In this document: positions 10,001 through 18,250 of the stretch, piece after piece
Layout of the letters: the number at the start of each line of letters is the position of its first letter
How positions within the stretch are numbered: the stretch's first letter is position 1
Assembly (NCBI GenBank): GCA_048538275.1
Contig: JBLYPW010000001.1
Location: 365,928 to 429,927 of the forward strand
DNA: 64,000 nt
Source: Candidatus Komeilibacteria bacterium
Lineage (GTDB): Bacteria; Patescibacteriota; Patescibacteriia; UBA1558
Reading direction: 5' to 3'
The notes under the pieces: generated by a model
Seen by the model: the letters and a program-made list of their open reading frames with translations, nothing else
The model's database searches: none
What the model was told of the DNA's origin: nothing
Made by a program: the position numbers and the translations under genes

Positions 10001-10474
10001 GGTAAGGCCTATGCTACCAATGATAGCTTGATGGAATACTTGCATAATATGGAAAATGCTCTGATTGCTAAAGATGTCAACAATATTGCCAAGCATAGAC
10101 CGAATATGAGCATTAAGTATGAAGATGATAAAGGAAAGATGCATGGCTATTTATTAGGCTATGAAGGGCGACTAGATAAAGATGGTGAGGCTATTATTTA
10201 TGTATCTGATTTAGCTTCTGATGGCAATAAGCGTGCTGGTGGATCATTGATATTGGGTTTTGCTCAGCTTTATAAGGAGCATTATTTAGATAAGGGCAAT
10301 CTATTGCCGATTTATGCGCAGATGCGTGATAAGACATCTTATGAGATAATAAAGAAACAACTGGATAAACTTTCTGGTCAGCTAGGTATAAAATTTATTA
10401 TGGAAGAAACAGGCACTTATCAATCCGGTGGCGACACCATGCACGAAGTTATCTTACGGCCGGTCAAAGAGTAA
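7043..10474 (+). CDS. Large (1143 aa) hypothetical protein with an N-terminal array of ~6.5 copies of a 33-aa alpha-helical repeat (…KALSGIAQAQAGQGQIEPALHIAESITHEYYKA…) and a ~750-aa C-terminal region with no recognisable domain
   Basis: The ORF is uninterrupted and has no signal peptide. The repeat has a 33-residue periodicity of alternating small and hydrophobic residues consistent with a helical-hairpin solenoid (HEAT/ARM/TPR-like). The C-terminal region (…GNDTACCMPFGSGKNNVYTFNPVCSLF…) is not recognised. Confidence 0.8.
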   Translation: MSLENPQLNNQAPQAENIETEYTVEEVEWKAKVINNSMGQFLQAKALNLVESITYEDKQAKALSGIAQAQAGQGQIEPALHIARSITHEYYKAEALSGIAQAQAGQGQIEPALHSAESIIDEYNKAKALSGIAQAQAGQGQIEPALHIARSITSEYVKAKVLSGIAQAQVNEDQLDRIVKLAESITHEYYKAKVLSAIAQAQAGQGQIEPALHIAESITNESEKAKVLSAIAQAQAGQGQIEPALHIAESITHEHYKDEALSAIVQAQTRQAAKLVSNNRLDLSQDQSMLDKLFSKAVLHKDSEILRSLGFILTLEEQNRLLAIIAPSEQSICRRQFNFKIKELGVQLMDLCGTDTIDGEQRPAYLNQLEILAQTYHLRLSEYLVGADKLDATLSTEEQAKLLFQVIREKSEYWQDEVNVADPFQAGAETFGYANMFKFIDRAGLSRHDALHNFRQVLSVWQASGLTAPAFYHNILEQVQADGADYDEQGNAHGKLNNLVDNINLDFQATIAEAQQFTGINKLQALLRVIQTPEQIFSSWKMLLKYNEICDLLQRKELLEQLQSLPKAGKEKLFNYVETLAFHPNISLPKVMKFWQDIEGFLKIGDSHTPEALQDRKKPSNYINFPHLDLTGEQLRDALVEGDYDKIQAFAPLSIEYDIVDKKAEQIDLSLAEQILQAVGKRSEGIKGQAKNPAKLFSQLTKLFKRYDIKLIDYLRSEQPDEDFPEAELVIKEARILLADNDMGLPEKTTSGNHYRAKINLKSDPDGVVAGNDTACCMPFGSGKNNVYTFNPVCSLFTLQRQTVDGKWRTVAQSVLTRNIDIKKNIADLVSQMEKTDAKMTDLVDDTLLHDQPGIITCDNIEVAKNFQGNDNIIETIYSDFFREYIQQAGADWDRDKIIIGMGYTDALTKLPDIANTFIPEAPVGYSDNLHNSSYVLDLKTTAGQLAFKKKIINKIAPFTEQASSSLPKGIQPLTFHDALPVSYIEGKAYATNDSLMEYLHNMENALIAKDVNNIAKHRPNMSIKYEDDKGKMHGYLLGYEGRLDKDGEAIIYVSDLASDGNKRAGGSLILGFAQLYKEHYLDKGNLLPIYAQMRDKTSYEIIKKQLDKLSGQLGIKFIMEETGTYQSGGDTMHEVILRPVKE
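7200..7860 (+). repeat. Intragenic tandem DNA repeats (99-bp unit, ~6.5 copies, several nearly identical) encoding the 33-aa repeats
   Basis: The string atccggcattgcccaagcccaggccggccaaggtcaaatagagcc(a/g)gccttgcat recurs at 7231, 7330, 7429 and, with minor variation, near 7630 and 7729. The repeat block is markedly more GC-rich than its surroundings. Confidence 0.85.
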
Positions 10475-10650
10475 CTTATGTAATTAATTTAATAATGAAC
10501 TGATTTATAAGCTTATGACGTTTTTTACCCGTATGATGAAGCGCATGACAATAACTCGTCGTAGGCGGTGACCAACTCATCAACTTATGCCGCCATTGGC
10601 GGCAACTCGTCAAAGGCGATGGTAAACTTATTATTTATCAACTAAACTTT

Positions 10651-11703
10651 ATGGAACAATTATTCTGGCCAATAATAAAAATATTTATCCTTACTACGAT
10701 CTCATTTGCTGTTGCCGGCTCTTTGGCGCCTGTGCTGACTCATTTTTTGTATAAATATAAACTGGGCAAAGCTATTCGTTCGGCCGATAGTGCTCCGATC
10801 TTCAATAAATTTCATCAAGCAAAAGCCGGGACGCCGACTATGGGTGGTATTGTTATTTGGGGCACCGTTATTGTATTGGCAATAGTTTTGTTTTATTTAT
10901 CCAAATATGTTCATATTGAGCTTTTTTATAATCTGAATTTTTTGTCTCGTGCGCAAACTTTTTTGCCGCTGGGTGCTTTATTGGCGGCTGCTTTGGTTGG
11001 CTTAGTGGATGATGTGTTTAATGTAAAAAAAGTGGGACCCAAGGGAGGTGGTTTGCGTATGAAGCACAAGCTATTGCTATATTTTATTATTGCTTTGATA
11101 GGCGCCTGGTGGTTTTATTTTAAATTGGATTGGGATTTGCTTTATGTGCCTTTTCTTGGCAATGTTTCTATTGGCTGGTGGTATATACCATTATTTGTTT
11201 TTATTATTTTTGCCACCTCATTTTCTGTAAATGAGACTGATGGTTTGGACGGCTTGGCAGCCGGAGTTTTAATACCCAGTTTTTTAAGTTTCGGAGCGAT
11301 TGCTTTTTTGCAAGGAAAATATGATCTGGCTACTTTTTGCGGTGTATTGATTGGTGCCTTACTAGCTTTTTTGTGGTTTAATATACCGCCCGCTCGGTTT
11401 TTTATGGGTGATACCGGCTCTATGGCTCTGGGCGTGACTTTGGGTATTTTAGCGATGCTTACCAATACAGTTTTTATTTTACCGTTATTGGGTATTGTTT
11501 TGGTGTTAGAATCTTTATCAGTTATTATTCAAGTTATATCAAAGAAATTAAGACATAAGAAAGTTTTTTTATCAGCGCCAATTCATCATCATTTGGAAGC
11601 AAAAGGTTGGCCAGAATCTAAAATTGTCATGCGTTTTTGGGTAGTATCATCAGTGTTTGCTGTGGTCGGCTTTATTATCTTTTTGTTTGATTTCTATGTC
11701 TAA
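10651..11703 (+). CDS. mraY: Phospho-N-acetylmuramoyl-pentapeptide transferase MraY
   Basis: The protein is polytopic membrane. Conserved MraY motifs are present (…NETDGLDGLAAG…, FFMGDTGSMALG, NVKKVGPKGGGLRMKHKLL). Confidence 0.95.
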   Translation: MEQLFWPIIKIFILTTISFAVAGSLAPVLTHFLYKYKLGKAIRSADSAPIFNKFHQAKAGTPTMGGIVIWGTVIVLAIVLFYLSKYVHIELFYNLNFLSRAQTFLPLGALLAAALVGLVDDVFNVKKVGPKGGGLRMKHKLLLYFIIALIGAWWFYFKLDWDLLYVPFLGNVSIGWWYIPLFVFIIFATSFSVNETDGLDGLAAGVLIPSFLSFGAIAFLQGKYDLATFCGVLIGALLAFLWFNIPPARFFMGDTGSMALGVTLGILAMLTNTVFILPLLGIVLVLESLSVIIQVISKKLRHKKVFLSAPIHHHLEAKGWPESKIVMRFWVVSSVFAVVGFIIFLFDFYV

Positions 11704-13060
11704 ACTTTTTTTTGCCCAAGAGACAAAGTTTTTAGTCATGGGCTTGGGCTTGCATGGCGGCGGGGCGGGAGTGGCTGCTTGGTTAGGTAAACATCGCTAT
11801 CAAACAATCATTACCGATCAGAAAACAGCTAAAGAATTAGCCAGTGTTGTTCGGCCTTTACGCCAGTACAAAACTTTAACTTGGCACTTGGGTGGTCATC
11901 AAGCGGTTGATTTTAGGGATGTGGATATTATTATTGCTAATCCGGCTGTACGACGTGATCATCCTTTATTAGAGACGGCTCGTCAGGCTGGCGTGGAAAT
12001 TTATAATGACATGTCTTTCTTTTTACAACTTTGCCCCGCTTCCGTGATTGCTGTCACTGGCACCAAGGGTAAAAGTACTACTGCTAATATTATTTATCAG
12101 TTATTAAAAGTAGCTGGTAAGTCCGCCTATCTAGGGGGCAATATTCGTATCAGTCCTTTTAAATGGCTGGATAAGATGAAACCAAATGACTGGGTGGTAC
12201 TAGAGATGTCCAGCTGGCAATGTGAGGGTTTAGCTAGTCATTCATATGCGCCCGCTGTGGCGGTGTTAACTAATATCGGCAGGGACCATCTCAACACTTA
12301 TGATTCTTGGCAGTCTTATCGTCTTGCCAAGTCATTGTTATTTAGATATCAGACAAAAAATGATTTAGCTGTTTTTAATAAAGACGATAAAGATAGTCAA
12401 GTTATTGCCAATAACAGTCAGGCCACTAAAAGATTTTTTTCTTTACAAAGTAAGGGAGGTGTCAGATTGGCGGATAATATGATTTATTATCAACATAAGA
12501 AATTATTGCCTCGCAATGATATTAAATTACTTGGCCGACATAATAGTGCTAATATATTAGCGGCTTTGCAGGTGGCAGATTATTTAGGCATCAATCCGAC
12601 TGTTCTGCGACAAGGTTTGAGAAATATTAAAGCTCTAGCTGGTCGTTGTCAGCTGATTCGTCGCTATCAGGGAGTAAGTTATTATAATGACACCACAGCT
12701 ACAGCGCCCACTGCCACAATGAGCACTGTGGCCAGTTTGGCTGAGCCGTTAGTGTTGATTGCTGGTGGTACTGATAAGCGATTGGCTTATAAAAAATTAG
12801 CCACTCTAATAAGTCGGCGAGTTAAGTATCTGGTTTTATTACCCGGTAGCGCCACTGATTTATTAGTGAAAGAGTTGCGATTATTACATTATAAAGATTG
12901 GCAGGTGGTCACCTCTATGCTACAAGCGGTAAAAGTGGCTGCTCAGCGGGCTAGTAAGGGGGAGGTGGTTTTGCTATCACCAGCTGCCGCCAGTTTTGGT
13001 TTATTTGTTAATGAATTTGATAGAGGTGATAAATTTAATCAAGCAGTTAAAGCATTATGA
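11696..13060 (+). CDS. murD: UDP-N-acetylmuramoylalanine--D-glutamate ligase MurD
   Basis: The Mur ligase P-loop VIAVTGTKGKSTT is present, and the N-terminal Rossmann fold reads FLVMGLGLHGGGAG. An ATG at 11696 overlapping the mraY stop (ATGTCTAA) is preferred over the upstream TTG at 11657. Confidence 0.9.
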   Translation: MSKLFFAQETKFLVMGLGLHGGGAGVAAWLGKHRYQTIITDQKTAKELASVVRPLRQYKTLTWHLGGHQAVDFRDVDIIIANPAVRRDHPLLETARQAGVEIYNDMSFFLQLCPASVIAVTGTKGKSTTANIIYQLLKVAGKSAYLGGNIRISPFKWLDKMKPNDWVVLEMSSWQCEGLASHSYAPAVAVLTNIGRDHLNTYDSWQSYRLAKSLLFRYQTKNDLAVFNKDDKDSQVIANNSQATKRFFSLQSKGGVRLADNMIYYQHKKLLPRNDIKLLGRHNSANILAALQVADYLGINPTVLRQGLRNIKALAGRCQLIRRYQGVSYYNDTTATAPTATMSTVASLAEPLVLIAGGTDKRLAYKKLATLISRRVKYLVLLPGSATDLLVKELRLLHYKDWQVVTSMLQAVKVAAQRASKGEVVLLSPAAASFGLFVNEFDRGDKFNQAVKAL

Positions 13061-14217
13061 GAAATAGAGAAAATTTTTTTACTATGTTGCGGTCTCCTTT
13101 TCTTGCCAAGAGGGGAGAGCATAATCCAGACCAAACTTTATTAATCAGTAGCGGTTTGCTGATCTTATTTGGTCTTTTGATGTTATCTTCCGCCAGCACA
13201 GTTATCGCTTTCCAGGAATATGGTGATCGTTATTATTTTTTTAAACATCAAATTCTACATGGTCTTTTACCCGGTTTAATTGTCTTTTGGGTGGGCCTTA
13301 AAATAAATTATCAGGTTTGGCAACGCAATGCATTTTATATGTTATTGATATCTGTTGGTTTACTTATTTTACTTATGATTCCGGGATTGGGCGTGGCGCA
13401 TGGCGGGGCGACTCGTTGGCTCAGTATTGCCGGTATAGAATTTCAACCTTCAGAAATAGTAAAAATCACCTTTCTCATTTATTTAGCTACTTGGTTAGCT
13501 AAAAAAGGAAGTCGTGGTTTGCAGGACGTAGAATACGGCACCATCCCTTTTATTTCTATTATTGTTATTATTGCTTTTTTATTTTTACAACAGCCTGATT
13601 TAGGTACTTTATTAGTAATTTTGGCTTTTTCTTTTTTATTGTATATTATTGCGGGTGCTCCTTGGCGGCATATCCTTGCCATTATGGGTGTAGGCGCATT
13701 AGCAATTTTACTTTTGATTTTTTCCAGTGATTATAGGGCAGAGCGCTTTCAAACTTTTTTGTCTGGCGGTGACACGCTTGACTCCGGTTATCATATTAAT
13801 CAAGCCAAAATTGCGGTTGGTTCAGGTGGTTTTTGGGGATTGGGCTTGGGTCATTCTAAACAGAAATTTAATTATTTACCGGAGGTACAGGGCGATTCTA
13901 TTTTTGCCATTATAGCAGAAGAGACGGGTTTTTTAATTAGTAGTTTGTTAATTTTGTCATTTTTGTTAATATTGATACGTGGTTTTAGGATAGCTCGTGG
14001 TAGTCCGGACGAATTTGGTCGTTTGTTAGCCGCCGGTATTACAGTCTGGATAGTGATACAGGCCTTGATAAATATCGGTGCCATGTTAGGGGTATTACCT
14101 TTGACTGGTATCACATTGCCATTTATATCGTATGGCGGTACTTCTTTAGCGATTCTTTTATTTGCTATGGGAGTATTGCTTAATATATCTAAACATACTA
14201 TACAAAAGAGATTATGA
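13057..14217 (+). CDS. ftsW: SEDS-family peptidoglycan glycosyltransferase / lipid II flippase FtsW
   Basis: It has ten or so TM segments and carries SEDS motifs (…GGATRWLSIAG…, …KIAVGSGGFWGLGLGHS…, …EVQGDSIFAIIAEETGF…). It is dcw-cluster syntenic, between murD and murG. Confidence 0.9.
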   Translation: MRNRENFFTMLRSPFLAKRGEHNPDQTLLISSGLLILFGLLMLSSASTVIAFQEYGDRYYFFKHQILHGLLPGLIVFWVGLKINYQVWQRNAFYMLLISVGLLILLMIPGLGVAHGGATRWLSIAGIEFQPSEIVKITFLIYLATWLAKKGSRGLQDVEYGTIPFISIIVIIAFLFLQQPDLGTLLVILAFSFLLYIIAGAPWRHILAIMGVGALAILLLIFSSDYRAERFQTFLSGGDTLDSGYHINQAKIAVGSGGFWGLGLGHSKQKFNYLPEVQGDSIFAIIAEETGFLISSLLILSFLLILIRGFRIARGSPDEFGRLLAAGITVWIVIQALINIGAMLGVLPLTGITLPFISYGGTSLAILLFAMGVLLNISKHTIQKRL

Positions 14218-15293
14218 AGCTTGTTTTTACAGGTGGGGGTACTATGGGTTCTGTTTCACCACTGATTGCGGAAATAGATTACCTTTTATCCGCGCATGGT
14301 TTTTTACCGGAGGATTTTTTATGGATTGGCACTATTGCTGGTCCGGAGAGAGCGGTAGTGAAGAAATACAATATAAAATATAGAGCCATACCGGCGGGTA
14401 AGCTCCGGCGTTATTTTGCTTGGCAAAATTTAATTGATCCTTTAAAGGTGGGAGCTGGGTTGGTAAGCGCTTGGCAAGTATTGCGTCATTGGCGCCCCCA
14501 GGTAGTGGTCACAGCTGGTAGTTTTGTGTCCGTGCCAGTAGTTTTAGCTGCTAAAATTCTGGGTATAAAAATTTTGGTGCATCAGTTAGATTTGGTGCCT
14601 GGTTTGGCCAATCGCTTAATGAGCCGTTGGGCTGACAAAGTTACGGTATCTTGGCCAGAATTATTGGATAAGTTTGTCGGTGAAAAAACCGAATGGGTGG
14701 GCACTCCTATTCGTAGGGAAATATGGAAGCCAGTCAATGTTCCTTTGACGCCAAAGTTGACTTTATTAGGTGATCGTCCCTTACTATTGGTTATGGGAGG
14801 GGGAACGGGAGCGCGTGATATAAATGAATTGGTGGCAGCACAACTACCTGTTTTATTAAAGAATTGGGAAATTTTTCACATTACCGGTCCTAATAAATCT
14901 ATTCATGTTGATTTACCAAATAATTTGGCTAAATATTATCAGCAGCGAGAATTTGTACACGATGATTTGGGTTATTTGATTCAGGCGGCAGATGTGATTG
15001 TCGCTAGAGCAGGTATTGGTACAATTTCTGAGATAATGACAATGGGTAAGAGCGCTGTCATTATACCCATTCCTCATTCGCATCAGGAAATTAATGCTGA
15101 TTATTTTTCTAGACACGGTGCTATTATTAAACTGGACCAGATGAAATTGACTGGCGTGGCATTTACTAATCAGTTAAATATTTTACGTACAAATAAAAAA
15201 ATTTCAGATTCACTGAAAAAAAATTCTAAATTATTATTACGTGACAATCCGTCAGAGAGGCTAGCGCAGGCTATCTTTGCTTTAGTAAAGTAA
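14214..15293 (+). CDS. murG: UDP-GlcNAc:lipid I N-acetylglucosaminyltransferase MurG
   Basis: It starts with the N-terminal G-loop MKLVFTGGGTMGSV and has a GT28 C-terminal domain. Synteny is consistent. Confidence 0.9.
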   Translation: MKLVFTGGGTMGSVSPLIAEIDYLLSAHGFLPEDFLWIGTIAGPERAVVKKYNIKYRAIPAGKLRRYFAWQNLIDPLKVGAGLVSAWQVLRHWRPQVVVTAGSFVSVPVVLAAKILGIKILVHQLDLVPGLANRLMSRWADKVTVSWPELLDKFVGEKTEWVGTPIRREIWKPVNVPLTPKLTLLGDRPLLLVMGGGTGARDINELVAAQLPVLLKNWEIFHITGPNKSIHVDLPNNLAKYYQQREFVHDDLGYLIQAADVIVARAGIGTISEIMTMGKSAVIIPIPHSHQEINADYFSRHGAIIKLDQMKLTGVAFTNQLNILRTNKKISDSLKKNSKLLLRDNPSERLAQAIFALVK

Positions 15294-15297
15294 GTGT

Positions 15298-16686
15298 ATG
15301 ACTATTTTTGATAAGTATAAAAAAATATATTTATCCGGCATCGGCGGTATTGGCGTGTCAGCCATCGCTCGTCTTTTTAAGTACCATAATGCAGAAGTCA
15401 GTGGTTCGGATGCGCGCCCCTCTAGTATTACTGATGATCTAGAAAGAGTCGGTATTAAAATTAACTGGAGTCAGGTTGCCGATAATATTGATAAAGATAT
15501 TGATTTATTTATTTATACTCCCGCCTTGCCAATGCAACATCCTGAGCGACAAGCAGCTATCAAAAATGGACTGACTTGTTATAGCTATCCCGAATTTTTG
15601 GGAGTATTATCTCAGGAATATAAAACCATAGCTGTCTCTGGCACGCATGGCAAATCTACCACCACTGCTATGTTGGGGTTGATGATGAGTGCTTGTGGTT
15701 TTGATCCTACCGTTATAGTAGGTAGCCAGGTAGATGAGTGGGATCATAATTTACGCATTGGTAAAAGTGAATATCTTGTATTAGAGGCTTGTGAATATAG
15801 GGGTCATATGTTGTCATTACATCCTGCGTATACTGTTTTGACAAATATTGAGCCTGACCATTTGGATTATTATAAAGATTTGGATGATATTAAACATCAT
15901 TTTTCCCGTTTTATTGAACAAACATCAAGCACGGATCGTGTATGGGCAAATATTGATAATATCGCCCTCAAAGATTTAATAGATAATTATCAGCTTCATA
16001 GCTGGGGTTTTTCTTCGGCAGCGCAAATTTGGGCGGGTGATATTGATGGCCAAAACGGCCAGCAAAATTTTGTTTTATATAAAGGTGGCAAGCCTTTACA
16101 AAAATTTAATTTGTTTGTGCCTGGACGATTTAATATAGCAAATGCTGTAGGAGCCTTAGCTATCATCGTTGCTTTAGGTGGAAATTTGGAATTGGCAGCT
16201 CAAGCTTTAGCTAAGTATAGAGGATGTTGGCGACGTTTTGAGTTGCTTGGGCAAGTACAGGGAGTGGATAGAACCATTTTAGTGAGTGATTATGCTCATC
16301 ATCCCACGGCTGTAAAGGCTACTATCAAAGCAGCTCGTGATTTTTATCCTGAGCGCAGAATAGTCGTAGCCTTTCAGCCACATCAGCATAATCGGACAAA
16401 AAAGTTATTTTATGAATTTAGTAAGGCTTTTGGACAAGCGGATATAGTTTTACTTAATCCAATTTACGATGTAGCAGGACGTGAGGAAAAAGATGATCAG
16501 GATGTCTCTAGTAAAATTTTGGCTCAGGCTATAAAAAAACAGACCGGTGGGTCAGTCAGTGTAAGTGAGAGCTTGGAGGATACAAAAAAAATTTTACAAA
16601 CTATAATAAAGCCGGGTGATATAGTCATTGTTATGGGCGCAGGTGATATTGATGAGATAGCTAGGCAATTAAGACAAACAGTATGA
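15298..16686 (+). CDS. murC: UDP-N-acetylmuramate--L-alanine ligase MurC
   Basis: Signature segments are IYLSGIGGIGVSAIA… and the Mur ligase P-loop AVSGTHGKSTTTAML. Confidence 0.9.
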   Translation: MTIFDKYKKIYLSGIGGIGVSAIARLFKYHNAEVSGSDARPSSITDDLERVGIKINWSQVADNIDKDIDLFIYTPALPMQHPERQAAIKNGLTCYSYPEFLGVLSQEYKTIAVSGTHGKSTTTAMLGLMMSACGFDPTVIVGSQVDEWDHNLRIGKSEYLVLEACEYRGHMLSLHPAYTVLTNIEPDHLDYYKDLDDIKHHFSRFIEQTSSTDRVWANIDNIALKDLIDNYQLHSWGFSSAAQIWAGDIDGQNGQQNFVLYKGGKPLQKFNLFVPGRFNIANAVGALAIIVALGGNLELAAQALAKYRGCWRRFELLGQVQGVDRTILVSDYAHHPTAVKATIKAARDFYPERRIVVAFQPHQHNRTKKLFYEFSKAFGQADIVLLNPIYDVAGREEKDDQDVSSKILAQAIKKQTGGSVSVSESLEDTKKILQTIIKPGDIVIVMGAGDIDEIARQLRQTV

Positions 16687-17816
16687 AAAATATATTATCA
16701 ACTATAAAAAAATTGGGTATCGTAGTAGAAACCGATATACCCCTAGCGACAAAAACAGTATTTCGTATAGGCGGACCGGCTAAATATTATTTTCAAGTAA
16801 ATAGCATCACGCAAATAATACACTTATTGCCATTATTGTTGGACAACGGCATTGATTATTTGATTTTAGGTAGTGGCTCTAATATGCTAATAGCGGACAG
16901 CGGTTTTCCCGGCGCTGTAATACATTTAAATATTTTAGGTAAGGAAATTATCAGCCAAGATAAAAATAAAGTTATCTGGAAATTGGGAGCGGGTGAGGTT
17001 TGGGATCAGTGTGTTGCTGATGCAGTCGCTAATGATTGGTGGGGGATAGAAAATTTATCTTATATTCCCGGTCAAGCAGGCGCTTTGCCGATTCAAAATG
17101 TTGGCGCTTATGGTCAGCAAGCCAGTGATGTTATATCAGAAGTTACAGTTTATGATACTCAGCAAAGGAAAGTTTCTCAGTTGACTCCGGCGGAATGTTC
17201 ATTTAGCTATCGTCATAGTATTTTTAATCAAGAAGCTATGGGGAGGTATATAGTTCTCAATATTACATTATCTTTATCTAAACACCCCCAGCCATCATTG
17301 GATTATCCTGACTTGATTAAGTATTTTGCCGAACAGCATGACTTGGAAAAAAGTTTAGCAAACATTAGGAAAGCTATCATTTATATACGGCAGCAAAAAT
17401 TACCTGATTATAAGATCATCGGCAGTGCCGGATCATTTTTTAAGATAGTAATGCTACCACGTAGTGATGAAGATAAGATTCGAGATAGATTGAGTAAAAA
17501 ATTTACCCCTCATATCATAGAAAGGTACAATGAAATTGTCTCTAAATTTGCTAGTGAAGATATGATTAAATTATCGCCTGGTTTTTTGTTGGATATTTGT
17601 AATTGGCGTGGCAAAAATTGCGGTCAAGCTGTTTTTTATAAAAAGCATGCGATGGTGATAATAAATCGGGCCAATAAAGCCACCGCTGCTGATGTGATTT
17701 GTCTGGCCAAACAAGCGCGTCAAGATGTTTATCAGCGCACGGGTATTATTTTACAACCAGAACCTATGTTTATAGGTTTTAGTGATAAAGAAATTAATAA
17801 TTTTTATAATCTATGA
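16683..17816 (+). CDS. murB: UDP-N-acetylenolpyruvoylglucosamine reductase MurB (long form, 377 aa)
   Basis: The FAD-binding N-terminus reads FRIGGPAKYY…GSGSNMLI. The C-terminal substrate domain is FLLDICNWRGKNCGQAVFYKKHAMVIINRANKATAADVICLAKQ…. Confidence 0.85.
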   Translation: MKNILSTIKKLGIVVETDIPLATKTVFRIGGPAKYYFQVNSITQIIHLLPLLLDNGIDYLILGSGSNMLIADSGFPGAVIHLNILGKEIISQDKNKVIWKLGAGEVWDQCVADAVANDWWGIENLSYIPGQAGALPIQNVGAYGQQASDVISEVTVYDTQQRKVSQLTPAECSFSYRHSIFNQEAMGRYIVLNITLSLSKHPQPSLDYPDLIKYFAEQHDLEKSLANIRKAIIYIRQQKLPDYKIIGSAGSFFKIVMLPRSDEDKIRDRLSKKFTPHIIERYNEIVSKFASEDMIKLSPGFLLDICNWRGKNCGQAVFYKKHAMVIINRANKATAADVICLAKQARQDVYQRTGIILQPEPMFIGFSDKEINNFYNL

Positions 17817-18175
17817 GCGAAACAATCCGTCAGTGGCGATTAGCCGATGACCAAATTATTTCCTTGGCCGAGGATAGCGGCTTATTTGCGCCGGTAATTT
17901 TAGACGATGAAATGATAAAAAGTATTCAGAGTAGAGATTATCAAGCGCCCGGTCAAAGCGGGGATGAGATCAAGCCTGATTATTTTATTGATTTACTTGA
18001 TTTGGGCGGCAAAACCATGGGTACGGCCGCATTATCTAGTGATAATGTCAATCAATTGATAGCTGATGATAATGCCCAGGCCGATGATATTGTTATGCTA
18101 GTGAGTTATATTAAGCAACAGGTCAGAGATCATCTGGGGGTGCAGTTGATGGATAATCTGGTTTATTCAAAGTAA
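17813..18175 (+). CDS. Small acidic protein resembling MurB C-terminal domain 3, translationally coupled to murB
   Basis: There is an ATGA overlap with the murB stop. The C-terminal 60 aa (DYFIDLLDLGGKTMGTAALSSDNVNQLIADDNAQADDIVMLVSYIKQQVRDHLGVQLMDNLVY) follow the MurB domain-3 pattern (AAWLIExxGLKGxxIGGAxVSxKHAxFIVNxGxATAxDVxxLIxxVxxxVxxxFGVxLExEV). Confidence 0.55.
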   Translation: MSETIRQWRLADDQIISLAEDSGLFAPVILDDEMIKSIQSRDYQAPGQSGDEIKPDYFIDLLDLGGKTMGTAALSSDNVNQLIADDNAQADDIVMLVSYIKQQVRDHLGVQLMDNLVYSK

Positions 18176-18250
18176 TTTTAGGGTACTGACTTGAAGTGCA
18201 GTAGCTTATCTGTTAGAATAAGCAAGCTTTTGTAATAATATATTTTTAAT

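Noticed and set aside
11142-11465. Antisense or internal ORFs inside well-supported genes (for example 11142..11465-, 13479..13682-, 13872..14114-, 18698..19033-, 24531..24773-, 26477..26758-, 26982..27197+, 33003..33242-, 35463..35726-, 38561..38806-, 46038..46313+, 54768..54998+, 58107..58292-, 60473..60712-)
   Set aside because: Each lies entirely within a gene whose product is confidently recognised on the other strand or frame. They are AT-rich chance ORFs with no motifs.
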